Assembly (NCBI GenBank): GCA_002708315.1
Contig: PANC01000017.1
Span: 7,512 to 71,511, forward strand
Length of the DNA stretch: 64,000 nucleotides
Reading direction: 5' to 3'
DNA from: Lentimicrobiaceae bacterium
Lineage (GTDB): Bacteria > Bacteroidota > Bacteroidia > Bacteroidales > F082
Position numbers and translations under genes: made by a program. A model generated the notes under the pieces. That model saw only the letters and a list, made by a program, of their open reading frames with translations. It made no database searches and was not told the origin of the DNA. This document shows positions 16,727 to 26,864 of the stretch, in pieces; within the stretch, counting starts at the first letter, position 1; each line of letters opens with the position of its first letter.

Positions 16727-19183
16727 ATGCACAAAACAAACTTTAGTTTAAGGCGGTTGAATATTATCCTGATAATATTTCTTCTTTTCTCAGGGCATCT
16801 TAATTCTCAGAATAAGAATTCCTCAGATACATTAAAAAAGTCAATTGAAGTAATAAATACATCTGAGATACCCATAAAATCTGGAGATATAATAATTGAA
16901 TATCAACGAATCCAAGAATCGGCAGTTTCAACATTGGAAATAGAAAATAGGGCGCAACAAACGGATTCAATACTTTCCATAATTGATAGCTTAATGATTT
17001 TGGATAGAACAATAGATCTTGGATTAGAAACAACGAGGTTTTTGAGTAATAGAATGGTTTTTTGGAGAAACTTTGCTGATTATCTTAATAAGGAGAAAAA
17101 GTCACTTACCAAAGTATTACATGTTATTTCCGATTTTGAAGATGAAGTTGAAAAGGATATCATAGTATGGAAGAATACCGAAGATAAATTAGTAAAAGAT
17201 GAAAATCAGTCAACTTTGTTATTTAGAGTTGTCGATGTTTTGAAAATTTTAGACTCGGCTAAGTATATTTTGAAAGTTAAGAGTGAAGATTTATTAATTA
17301 TTCTCAATAATACTGCCGAAAGGAGTATAAAGGTTGAAGAATTTATTAATGATCTTGACAAGGCTTACTCAAACAAGAAAAGTGAAATATTTGTGAGAAA
17401 TGAACCATCCATTTTTACAATAGACTATAAAGATCCCGATACAAGATCATTAATAAAACCTTTAAAAAATTTCTATAACACTGAGTTTACAGAACTGGTT
17501 TTATTTTTGAAGAAAGATATTTTCGAAGGAATTTTACAACTTCTTTTATTGATCGGCTTAATATTCATTTTCAATGAAATTAAATTCAAAATTTTAAAAA
17601 CGGATATAATAGTTGACTCTATATATAGCAGAATGTTATTTAAGATTATGTCTAGGAGTGTTAGCGCTGCCATAATAATAGGGGTATTTGCAAACTTTAT
17701 AATTTTTAAAGATCGACCAGAATTATTTAAAGATATTTTAGTTCTAATAATTAGTGTTCCAATAATAGTAATAGCGCGTACAATTGTTCCTCGGGGATTC
17801 TATAAATATACTTACTTATTTGGTATTGTAATTATACTAAGTATGGTATATTTTATATTTCCTACAGACAATATGTATTTTATGATATTGATGCTTCTCA
17901 TAGCTTTGATAGAAATGTATGTGCTCTACAAACTAACAGTTTATTTTTATCATAATCCATATAACCAAAGGCTATATAATTTATCAATTTTTCTTATTTT
18001 ACTGGTTCATCTTGGATTCGCAGTAACGGGCTTTTTTGCCTTACTTTTAGGATCAACAACATTGGCCGAAGTTTCTTTGCGTATCCCGGTTACAAATGCA
18101 TTTAATGCATTATTGATATTTTCTATAGTTATAATCATAAATGGGTTTATAACATTTGGCGTTGAAACCAATTATGCCAAAAAGTTAAATGTTATAAGAC
18201 TCTATGGAGAGATCATAAAGCGCAGAGCTATTTCATTGGTAAATCTGATATTTTTTATTTTATGGATACAAACAATATTAAATGTTATTAATATTAAAAG
18301 AGTTGTAATAGATAGTATAACTGCATTCTTACATGATACAATAAGTATTGGATCAGCATCATTTACTCCGGGCAATATTATTATGTTCTTTTTGGTAATA
18401 TGGCTGTCTATAGTTATATCAAGAATAATTCAAATACTTCTAGAAAAGGATATACTTTACAGATTAAATCTTGCCAAAGGTATTCCCAATACAATTGCTG
18501 TAATGGTTAAATATAGTCTTGTCACCATAGGAGTATTGTTGGCTATTTCTGCTGCTGGTATGCCATTAAGCAGCTTAACTGTTCTTGCTGGAGCATTTGG
18601 TATTGGTATAGGCTTTGGGTTGCAACATATTTTTAACAATATAGTTTCTGGGTTTATTTTACTACTAGAACGACCCATACAAATTGGAGATACAGTTGAG
18701 GTCGGTCAACTTATCGGAAATGTAAAAACAATTGGTATTCGGGCAAGTTGTATAAGAACTTTTGATGGTGCTGAAGTTATTGTCCCAAATGGCCAATTAA
18801 TATCAAATGAAGTTGTGAACTGGACATTATCTGATCAGAAAAGAAGAATAGAAGTCTTTACGGGAGTTGCATACGGTTCAGATCCTCATTTGGTAAAAAA
18901 TTTGTTTGAGAAAGTACTTAAAGATCATACAGATATAATTGATGATCCTACCCCAAAAGTTTTTTTCAAAGGTTTGGGCGATAGTGCTTTGGAATTTAGG
19001 TTATTATTTTGGACATCCAACTATCACGAGTGGGTTAGAATTCAAAGTGAAGTAGTATTTGCAATACATGATGTCCTATACAAAGAGGGGATTTCAATTC
19101 CATTCCCTCAAATGGACCTTCACTTTAAGTCCATTGATAAGTCCTTTGACTTTGGAGATAAAGGAAAAGATGAAACAAAGTGA
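16727..19183 (+). CDS. Large mechanosensitive channel of the MscS family (MscK/KefA-like architecture)
   Basis: It has a signal peptide, a long coiled periplasmic domain, about 10 hydrophobic spans, and a C-terminal MscS core (GAFGIGIGFGLQHIFNNIVSGFILLLERPIQIGDTVEV ... VPNGQLISNEVVNWT). Confidence 0.85.
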   Translation: MHKTNFSLRRLNIILIIFLLFSGHLNSQNKNSSDTLKKSIEVINTSEIPIKSGDIIIEYQRIQESAVSTLEIENRAQQTDSILSIIDSLMILDRTIDLGLETTRFLSNRMVFWRNFADYLNKEKKSLTKVLHVISDFEDEVEKDIIVWKNTEDKLVKDENQSTLLFRVVDVLKILDSAKYILKVKSEDLLIILNNTAERSIKVEEFINDLDKAYSNKKSEIFVRNEPSIFTIDYKDPDTRSLIKPLKNFYNTEFTELVLFLKKDIFEGILQLLLLIGLIFIFNEIKFKILKTDIIVDSIYSRMLFKIMSRSVSAAIIIGVFANFIIFKDRPELFKDILVLIISVPIIVIARTIVPRGFYKYTYLFGIVIILSMVYFIFPTDNMYFMILMLLIALIEMYVLYKLTVYFYHNPYNQRLYNLSIFLILLVHLGFAVTGFFALLLGSTTLAEVSLRIPVTNAFNALLIFSIVIIINGFITFGVETNYAKKLNVIRLYGEIIKRRAISLVNLIFFILWIQTILNVINIKRVVIDSITAFLHDTISIGSASFTPGNIIMFFLVIWLSIVISRIIQILLEKDILYRLNLAKGIPNTIAVMVKYSLVTIGVLLAISAAGMPLSSLTVLAGAFGIGIGFGLQHIFNNIVSGFILLLERPIQIGDTVEVGQLIGNVKTIGIRASCIRTFDGAEVIVPNGQLISNEVVNWTLSDQKRRIEVFTGVAYGSDPHLVKNLFEKVLKDHTDIIDDPTPKVFFKGLGDSALEFRLLFWTSNYHEWVRIQSEVVFAIHDVLYKEGISIPFPQMDLHFKSIDKSFDFGDKGKDETK

Positions 19184-19314
19184 TTTTCAGACAATATTGA
19201 ATTATAATAAATCGTAATTATAACTTTATAGTATATTATTATAGTAGTATATTTTTATCATTTGAAATATAAAAAATAGCTTTATTTTAAAAATATGAGG
19301 GATGCTTAATTGCT

Positions 19315-19322
19315 TATATTTG
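19315..19322 (+). promoter_or_regulatory. Possible -7 promoter box TAnnTTTG (TATATTTG)
   Basis: Exact motif, but 84 nt upstream of the ATG at 19407. This implies an unusually long leader for this window. Confidence 0.35.
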
Positions 19323-19406
19323 CATCGATTTTTATTAAAAACTACGCTCACCAAGTATTAATCTACAAATCATAACAAAATAGGTAAATACTAAAAGAAA
19401 TTATAC

Positions 19407-21233
19407 ATGAAGAAACATACATTCCACATTCCTGTTATGGGAATTGGTTTTACAATAGATACTCCATTAAAAGTTTCTCATCTTGGAATAGATTCTGTGA
19501 TTTCATTAGTTGATGATATATTAATGGAAAAACTGCGCAAAATGTACAGTGAAAAATTGGAATTACCCTTTCAGGAAATATCAAATAAGGTTGAGGACTT
19601 TAGAGCAAAACGTATAACATCGTATTTAAACTTGATAAACGATTTGGTAGAAAAGAAATTCAATGAAATAAAAACTGCAGCTGTTGAGAAAAGCCATGAA
19701 GTAAAGGACTACTTTAATTTGCTGCCCGATGGTGTTGAGTTGAAGCATGAGTTTAATAGTTTAATGTCAAAACATCTTCATATTGATGAACTTAGATCTT
19801 GGGTCAATGAAAATATGAGCATGGGTAATATTGATGTTAATATTATGACAAAAATTGATAAGGAAAATTATAAAGGATTTGACAAATTACCTGTAGAATA
19901 TAATGATGCCCATGCAGCGTTGCGAGGCTTTGCATCTAGCAAGCTTAAATCATCTGTTGTATTATCTGCCGGAATGAATCCTAGACTTTACTCTTATATC
20001 CAAAACTTTGATGATTTCTTCCCAGATCAGGATGGTAATTTCAAAAAGAAAATAATACTAAAAGTTAGTGATTACAGATCAGCTATGATCCAAGGAAAAT
20101 TTTTTGCAAAAAAGGGACTTTGGGTTAGCGAATATAGAATTGAGTCAGGTTTAAATTGTGGAGGCCATGCTTTTGCTACGGATGGTTATTTATTGGGTCC
20201 AATATTACAAGAATTTAAATCAAATAGGGAAACTCTAAAGGATGAGGTTTTTGGAATATTTTGTGAATCATTAGTTAAGTTAAATAAGACTGTGCCCAAA
20301 AACTCAATTCCGTTAAGGATTACTGCTCAAGGAGGTGTTGGATCATCAGAGGAACATGAATTCCTACAAGATCAGTTTGGGATTGATTCTGTTGGTTGGG
20401 GTAGCCCTTTTCTGCTAGTTCCAGAGGTTACTAATGTGGATGAATATACCATAAGAGAATTAGCTGATGCCAGGGAAGAAGATCTTCATTTAAGTGATAT
20501 TTCTCCATTAGGAGTTCCGTTCAATAACCTTAGAGGTAATACAAAAGATATTGAAAAATATGCCTTAGTGAATAAAGGAAAACCTGGTAGTATGTGTCCT
20601 AAAAAATATCTTATTTCAAACACAGAATTTACTGACAGGGTTATATGTACAGCCTCGTATAGGTATCAAAATAAAAAAATTAAACAACTAAATAATCTGC
20701 AGCTGCCAGCTGATGACTATGCTAGAAAATATGATAAGATTGTTGAAAAATCATGTATTTGTGTTGGTTTGGGAACGGCAGCATTATTAAAAAACAAAAT
20801 AGAAACTAAGGTTGAAGGCAATGGAGTTTCTGTATGTCCTGGGCCAAACATTGCTTATTTCTCCACAATTACATCCCTAAAAACAATGGTGGATCATATA
20901 TATGGTAAAACAAATCTTATAAACAGAGTTGATAGACCTAATATGTTCGTCAAGGAATTGGGAATGTACATTGATTATCTAAAAGGAAAAATAGATGAGG
21001 CATACGAACAAAATAATATTAATGACAAATATTTAATAAAGTTTGCTAATAATCTTAAAAGTGGAATTGCATATTATCATGATATGTTTGAAGGTGCCAA
21101 AGATAGATTTGAGTCAACAAAATCTAACATAATACAGGATTTAAATCAATATTCTGAAGACTTGCATAGGTTAATATTGCAAATAGATAGCCATAGTAAT
21201 ATGAATTCTATAGCTGTAAAATTAACTAAGTAA
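19407..21233 (+). CDS. Uncharacterised conserved-looking protein, possibly an FMN-type alpha/beta-barrel oxidoreductase fold
   Basis: 608 aa with no signal peptide. IESGLNCGGHAF (aa 245-256) and ITAQGGVGS (aa 305-313) resemble the GGH and GG(I/V) motifs of the nitronate monooxygenase/FabK or glutamate-synthase FMN barrels. The Cys-containing C-terminal half is not recognised. Confidence 0.4.
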   Translation: MKKHTFHIPVMGIGFTIDTPLKVSHLGIDSVISLVDDILMEKLRKMYSEKLELPFQEISNKVEDFRAKRITSYLNLINDLVEKKFNEIKTAAVEKSHEVKDYFNLLPDGVELKHEFNSLMSKHLHIDELRSWVNENMSMGNIDVNIMTKIDKENYKGFDKLPVEYNDAHAALRGFASSKLKSSVVLSAGMNPRLYSYIQNFDDFFPDQDGNFKKKIILKVSDYRSAMIQGKFFAKKGLWVSEYRIESGLNCGGHAFATDGYLLGPILQEFKSNRETLKDEVFGIFCESLVKLNKTVPKNSIPLRITAQGGVGSSEEHEFLQDQFGIDSVGWGSPFLLVPEVTNVDEYTIRELADAREEDLHLSDISPLGVPFNNLRGNTKDIEKYALVNKGKPGSMCPKKYLISNTEFTDRVICTASYRYQNKKIKQLNNLQLPADDYARKYDKIVEKSCICVGLGTAALLKNKIETKVEGNGVSVCPGPNIAYFSTITSLKTMVDHIYGKTNLINRVDRPNMFVKELGMYIDYLKGKIDEAYEQNNINDKYLIKFANNLKSGIAYYHDMFEGAKDRFESTKSNIIQDLNQYSEDLHRLILQIDSHSNMNSIAVKLTK

Positions 21234-21258
21234 TTTTGGAGTACAAATAATATTTTTT

Positions 21259-24200
21259 TTATCCTGTTCTATAACCAATGGATTTTAATAGTGAAATAGC
21301 ATTAGTTACTGAGCTTACATTTTCAAAACGAAGAGCCAGACTTCCCTTAATTTCCTTCATTACTGCAACTTTTGGATTTGCTTGGATGAATGTAAGGATA
21401 TTACCGAAGGTTTTGGAGTGAAAGAATGGCGAATCGTGGCTCCCAGGAAAATATCCTGTCATTCTTCTATTTTTTAGGTTTAATTTTGTAAATCCTATTT
21501 CTTTTGCAATCCATCTTAGCCGTACAATATTTGTTAAATCAACAGTTTCATCTGGTAATGGACCAAATCTGTCTATTAGTTTGGAACATGTTTTTTGCAG
21601 TTTTTCTTCGTTGTCAATGTTGTCAAGTTCTTTATAAATGCTCAATCTTTCAGTAATATTTGTTATGTAATAATCAGGTATTCTTATTTCTAAGTCTGTC
21701 TCAATCTGGCAATCTGAAACAAAATTATCAGCCATTTTTCCTTTATTATAAAGATTGGCAAACTCACCCTCCTTAAGCTCAGTAATTGCCTCATCGAGTA
21801 TTTTTTGATACATCTCATAACCTATATCAGAAATAAATCCACTTTGCTCTGCTCCTAGAATATTTCCGGCCCCTCTAATATCTAAATCACGCATGGCTAT
21901 ATTAAATCCACTTCCTAAATCACCATACTCTTCAATTGCCTTGAGTCTTTTTCTTGCCTCATTGGTAAGGCTCGAAAGTGGTGGCGAAAGAAGATAGCAG
22001 AATGCTTGTTTGTTTGACCTTCCCACACGACCTCTTAGCTGATGGAGATCACTTAAACCATGGTTTTGTGCATCATTTATAATGATTGTATTTGCATTTG
22101 GAATGTCAAGACCAGATTCAACAATTGTTGTTGATAGCAGTACATCGTAATCTCCATCAATAAAATCAAGCATTATATTTTCAAGAGTCTTACCATCCAT
22201 TTGCCCATGACCTATTCCAATTCGTACCTTCGGCACAAATTTCTTAATCATATCATAAACTTCCAAAATATTTTGCACTCTGTTATGTATGAAAAAAACC
22301 TGTCCACCTCTTGATATTTCATAATTAATTGCATCACTAATAACTTCTGCACCAAATGATCTTATTTGTGTCTGAATTGGATGTCTGTTTGGTGGAGCAG
22401 TATTCATTATGCTCAAGTCACGAGCACCCATAAGAGAGAATTGTAGTGTTCGTGGAATTGGTGTTGCGGTTAGTGTGAGTGAATCTACATTAGACTTAAA
22501 TTGTTTTAACTTTTCCTTTGCTGTTACACCAAATTTTTGCTCCTCATCAACAATGAACAAGCCAAGATCTTTGAACACAATATCCTTACTAAGTATACGG
22601 TGAGTGCCTATTATTATATCTATTTTTCCGTCTTTGAGGTTTTGAAGTGTTTCTTTTTGTTGCTTTGAACTTTTAAATCTGTTTATATAGTCAATATTTA
22701 CTGGAAACTCTTCCAAGCGTTGACCGAAGGTTTTATAATGTTGCAATGCAAGAATTGTAGTTGGTACTAATACTGCAACTTGCTTGCTATCACAAACGGC
22801 TTTAAATGCTGCCCTTATTGCTATCTCGGTTTTACCAAATCCAACATCTCCACATATAAGTCGGTCCATAGGATATTCGGCTTCCATATCTTTTTTTGTG
22901 TCTATGGTTGCTTTAAGCTGATCAGGCGTATCTTCATAAATAAACGATGCCTCTAATTCATTCTGAAGATAGCTGTCAGGTGAATATTGTATACCCGATG
23001 AATTTTTTCTTTTTGCGTACAATTTAATTAGGTCACGGGCTATATCTTTTACCCTACTTTTTGCCTTATTTTTTACATTAGTCCAGGCTTTTGAACCAAG
23101 TTTATTTAAGCTTGGAGGTATGCCTTCCTTCCCCACATATTTTGAAATTCTGTGCAAGGAATGTATACTAATGTAAAGAATGTCATTATTCTTGTAGATT
23201 AGTCTAATAGCCTCCTGTTTTTTACCGTTATTATCAATTATTTGGAGGCCATCAAATTTTCCTACTCCATGATCAATATGCGTTATGTAGTCACCTGGAT
23301 TTAGATTATGCAGATCCTTAATGGATATTTCTTCTTTGCTTGTAAACCCTTCTCGCAAGGTAAACCTATGATATCTGTTAAATATTTGATGATCAGTATA
23401 GCAAAGCAGCTTTGAATCATTGTCTATGAATCCAGTACTTAAACTTTGATATACAGGGTTAAACATTATTCTAACTGCATCTGGTATTTTCTCTTGTAAG
23501 TCTTCAAATATGACGTATAATCTTTCGATTTGTTTATTGTTACCTGAAAATATAATGCATTTATATCCTTCTTTAGTTTTAACTCTTATGTCATTAATTA
23601 GAATATCAAAATTTTTATTGAATGATGGCTGGGGCTTCTGATTAAATTTTAATGGTGTAGAATTTTTAAATATTGAGAGGCTACCAAACTCAATTATAGT
23701 GAATTTGTCAAGAAGTTCCAGCGTAGCTTTACCATTAGTAAATAGTATCTCAGGTTTTATTGCATTATTATCATCTGATATTTTACCAAATCCAGTTTTT
23801 GCTTTTTCATATTCCTTGTCAAGCCTGTCCATGGTCAGGTTTATGTCTTCAAACCAAATTGCAGTTGTGGAAGGTATATATTCCATGAAATCTACACGTT
23901 TCTCAATAATCTCTCTACTCTGAATATTTGGAAGTAGAGTTATCCTATTTAAAGTTTGAACAGAAAGCTGAGTCGCTGGATCAAATGCTCTAATGGATTC
24001 TATTTCATCACCAATAAACTCAATTCTGTATGGATGCTCGTTGGAAAAAGAATGAACATCAATAATGCCACCTCTTATTGCAAATTGGCCTGGTTCAGTA
24101 ACAAAGTCAACATGTTCAAATTCCAATTCAAAAAGTAGATCACTTATAAAATCAAGAGATACCTCTTCACCTACCTTTAGCTTCATTATATTCTTTGAAA

Positions 24201-24636
24201 GAAATTTTTTTGTTATTACTTTTTCAGCAAGAGCCTGAGGGTATGTAATAATTATTGATTTCTTATCGCCAGAAATGGTCCTTTTTAATACTTCTGTTCG
24301 GGATAATTGATAATTACGATCTACATTTTCTGGCTCATATGGTTTGGAATATGATGTTGGATAAAAAAGAACTTTTCTCTGATTTAACTCTTTTCCTGTT
24401 TCTTCCAATAGGCTTTCTAGATCGTTATAGAAATATGCAGCTTGCTCTTTGTCAGGTAGCACACAAACATGTTGCTGCTTTCCTTTGGCTTGAATAATAC
24501 AGCTTATCAAAAGCGGTGTTGAAGAACCAATAATACCTTTTAGGTGAATTTTTTTATGCCCACTATCCAGGGTATTTATAAGATTAATTACTTCAGGGTT
24601 TTTAGAAAACAGGTTTATGAGGTCCGTGGGAATCAA
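21259..24636 (-). CDS. mfd: Transcription-repair coupling factor
   Basis: 1125 aa. It has a UvrB-homology N-terminal part, a CarD-like region, and superfamily-2 helicase motifs (GDVGFGKTE, DEEQKFG, TATPIPRT, QLRGRVGR). The start is a forced TTG at 24636, with an in-frame TAA two codons upstream and no ATG. Confidence 0.95.
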   Translation of the reverse strand: MIPTDLINLFSKNPEVINLINTLDSGHKKIHLKGIIGSSTPLLISCIIQAKGKQQHVCVLPDKEQAAYFYNDLESLLEETGKELNQRKVLFYPTSYSKPYEPENVDRNYQLSRTEVLKRTISGDKKSIIITYPQALAEKVITKKFLSKNIMKLKVGEEVSLDFISDLLFELEFEHVDFVTEPGQFAIRGGIIDVHSFSNEHPYRIEFIGDEIESIRAFDPATQLSVQTLNRITLLPNIQSREIIEKRVDFMEYIPSTTAIWFEDINLTMDRLDKEYEKAKTGFGKISDDNNAIKPEILFTNGKATLELLDKFTIIEFGSLSIFKNSTPLKFNQKPQPSFNKNFDILINDIRVKTKEGYKCIIFSGNNKQIERLYVIFEDLQEKIPDAVRIMFNPVYQSLSTGFIDNDSKLLCYTDHQIFNRYHRFTLREGFTSKEEISIKDLHNLNPGDYITHIDHGVGKFDGLQIIDNNGKKQEAIRLIYKNNDILYISIHSLHRISKYVGKEGIPPSLNKLGSKAWTNVKNKAKSRVKDIARDLIKLYAKRKNSSGIQYSPDSYLQNELEASFIYEDTPDQLKATIDTKKDMEAEYPMDRLICGDVGFGKTEIAIRAAFKAVCDSKQVAVLVPTTILALQHYKTFGQRLEEFPVNIDYINRFKSSKQQKETLQNLKDGKIDIIIGTHRILSKDIVFKDLGLFIVDEEQKFGVTAKEKLKQFKSNVDSLTLTATPIPRTLQFSLMGARDLSIMNTAPPNRHPIQTQIRSFGAEVISDAINYEISRGGQVFFIHNRVQNILEVYDMIKKFVPKVRIGIGHGQMDGKTLENIMLDFIDGDYDVLLSTTIVESGLDIPNANTIIINDAQNHGLSDLHQLRGRVGRSNKQAFCYLLSPPLSSLTNEARKRLKAIEEYGDLGSGFNIAMRDLDIRGAGNILGAEQSGFISDIGYEMYQKILDEAITELKEGEFANLYNKGKMADNFVSDCQIETDLEIRIPDYYITNITERLSIYKELDNIDNEEKLQKTCSKLIDRFGPLPDETVDLTNIVRLRWIAKEIGFTKLNLKNRRMTGYFPGSHDSPFFHSKTFGNILTFIQANPKVAVMKEIKGSLALRFENVSSVTNAISLLKSIGYRTG

Positions 24637-24671
24637 CTTTTATGCTGAGGTTTTGAATTATTTAATTGGCG

Positions 24672-24679
24672 CAAATTTA
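24672..24679 (-). promoter_or_regulatory. -7 promoter box TAnnTTTG (TAAATTTG on the minus strand)
   Basis: The plus strand reads CAAATTTA. The box lies 36 nt upstream of the mfd TTG start. Confidence 0.4.
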
Positions 24680-24763
24680 ATTAAAATGATAAACTGGATT
24701 TGGTAATCAATGTTTTTACTTATAATGAATTTCATAATAATTTTTGAATATAATAGTTATTTA

Positions 24764-24771
24764 TAATTTTG
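24764..24771 (+). promoter_or_regulatory. -7 promoter box TAnnTTTG (TAATTTTG)
   Basis: 31 nt upstream of the ATG at 24803. Confidence 0.45.
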
Positions 24772-24802
24772 CAGCGATTTTTAAATATAACCCAAAATTA
24801 CT

Positions 24803-26785
24803 ATGGAGAAGTTTACCTCTAGAAAATACTTAACAAAAGACCTTGAAAATCAAATTAAGTATCTGAACCTGTTAGCTGACAGGTTCCCAAATGTTCAGTC
24901 TGCTAGTACTGAAGTTATTAATCTTGAAGCAATTTTAAACCTTCCCAAAGGAACAGAACATTTTTTATCTGACATCCATGGCGAATATGAAACTTTTAGT
25001 CATGTTTTAGCCAATGCCTCAGGTGTTGTAGTCAGGAAAATTGATGAAGTATTTGGAAAAACATTAAGAAAAAAAGAGAAAACCTTATTGGCAACTCTAA
25101 TTTATTATCCAAAGCAAAAGCTGCAACTTATTTTAAAAAGTGAAGATGATATAAGTGAATGGTATGGGATTACACTTCAAAGGTTATCAAAAGTTGCAAG
25201 AGCGGCAGCTTCAAAATACACCAGATCTAAGGTGAGAAAGGCTATGCCACATGATTTTGCTTATATAATAGATGAGCTTCTTAATGAGAGTGGAGAAGGT
25301 AAAGAAGAGTATTTTGAAAGTATTATTAATTCTATAATCTATATTGATAGAGCAGAAGCATTTATTGTTGCCATATGTGAATTTATTCAACGCTTATTAG
25401 TTGATAGACTGCATATAATAGGAGATATCTTCGATAGAGGTCCACATCCAGAAAAAGTAATGGATAGACTCATTAAATATCATGCGGTGGATATACAGTG
25501 GGGTAATCATGATATTGTGTGGATGGGTGCCGCATCAGGTAATATGGCTCTTATAGCAAATGTTATAAGAATATCTTTAAGATACAATAACCTAGATACA
25601 CTCGAGGATGTTTACGGTATTAATATGTTACCACTTGCTAGATTTGCGATGAAAGAGTATTCCAATGATTCGTGTGACTTATTTTCAATAAAAGGTGAAG
25701 CAAAACATTCGGATATACAATTATTAAAACAGATGCAAAAGTCCATTGCAATAATTCAGTTTAAGCTTGAAGGACAAACTGTAAAAAGAAACCCTAGTTT
25801 TTGTATGGATGATAGGCTAGTACTTGATAATATTGATTTCAAATCAGGTAAAATAGACATCGATGGTGAAAAGCATGATTTATTGGATAAAAACTTTCCT
25901 ACAATCAATCCCAATAATCCATACGAATTAAGCGATGAAGAGCAAGAGGTGATGGATAAATTAAGATCTAACTTTTTGAACAGTCAAAGGTTGCAGTATC
26001 ATATTGACTTTTTGTTTACATCTGGAAGTATGTATCTTACCTACAATTCAAACCTTCTATATCATGGCTGTATCCCAATGAATTTAGATGGAGATTTTGA
26101 AAAATTTGAAATTGAGGGGAAAGTATATCATGGAAAACAACTTTGTGATCATTTTGATCGTGTTGCCAGAAAAGGCTACTTTCATAGGAATACTAAAGCC
26201 GAAGATAATGCAAGTATAGATTATATGTGGTATCTATGGTGTGGACCACTTTCACCATTATTTGGGAAAAATAAAATGGCAACCTTCGAAAGATACTTTC
26301 TTGAGGAAACATCTACTCACAAGGAAGGTCGAAATGCGTATTATGATCTAGCATATAAGGAGGAACAATATTGTGATAAGATTCTTTCAGAGTTTGGATT
26401 AGAGCCTAGGGATTCACATATTGTAAATGGCCATGTGCCCGTAAAGGTTAAGAAAGGAGAAAGCCCCATAAAAGCAAATGGTAAGTTATTTGTTATTGAT
26501 GGTGGAATGTCCGTGCCTTATCAAAAAGTAACAGGTGTTTCTGGCTACACTTTAATTTACAATTCATATGGCCTTGTATTGGTTGAGCACAAGGAGTTTA
26601 CATCAAAAGCAAATGCAATTCAAGAGGAAAAAGATATTATTTCTAACAGAGTCTTTATAGAAGGAGGTGCAATTCGCAAACGAGTTAGTGATACTGATGT
26701 CGGTGAGGAATTAAGAATCCAAATTAATGACTTAAAAATGTTACTTGCGGCATTTAAAAAAGGACTTATCAAAGAAAAACGTTAA
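24803..26785 (+). CDS. fbp: Fructose-1,6-bisphosphatase, class 3
   Basis: 660 aa. It has metallophosphoesterase motifs in class-3 FBPase order (SDIHGEYETF, GDIFDRGPHP, GNHD, NGHVP). The length is typical of class 3. Confidence 0.85.
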   Translation: MEKFTSRKYLTKDLENQIKYLNLLADRFPNVQSASTEVINLEAILNLPKGTEHFLSDIHGEYETFSHVLANASGVVVRKIDEVFGKTLRKKEKTLLATLIYYPKQKLQLILKSEDDISEWYGITLQRLSKVARAAASKYTRSKVRKAMPHDFAYIIDELLNESGEGKEEYFESIINSIIYIDRAEAFIVAICEFIQRLLVDRLHIIGDIFDRGPHPEKVMDRLIKYHAVDIQWGNHDIVWMGAASGNMALIANVIRISLRYNNLDTLEDVYGINMLPLARFAMKEYSNDSCDLFSIKGEAKHSDIQLLKQMQKSIAIIQFKLEGQTVKRNPSFCMDDRLVLDNIDFKSGKIDIDGEKHDLLDKNFPTINPNNPYELSDEEQEVMDKLRSNFLNSQRLQYHIDFLFTSGSMYLTYNSNLLYHGCIPMNLDGDFEKFEIEGKVYHGKQLCDHFDRVARKGYFHRNTKAEDNASIDYMWYLWCGPLSPLFGKNKMATFERYFLEETSTHKEGRNAYYDLAYKEEQYCDKILSEFGLEPRDSHIVNGHVPVKVKKGESPIKANGKLFVIDGGMSVPYQKVTGVSGYTLIYNSYGLVLVEHKEFTSKANAIQEEKDIISNRVFIEGGAIRKRVSDTDVGEELRIQINDLKMLLAAFKKGLIKEKR

Positions 26786-26864
26786 AAGGGTAAATCATTT
26801 TACTAGAAATATTATTTTTATCTTTATCAATTCTGTTTAAAATACGATTGATTTGAGGAGAGTA

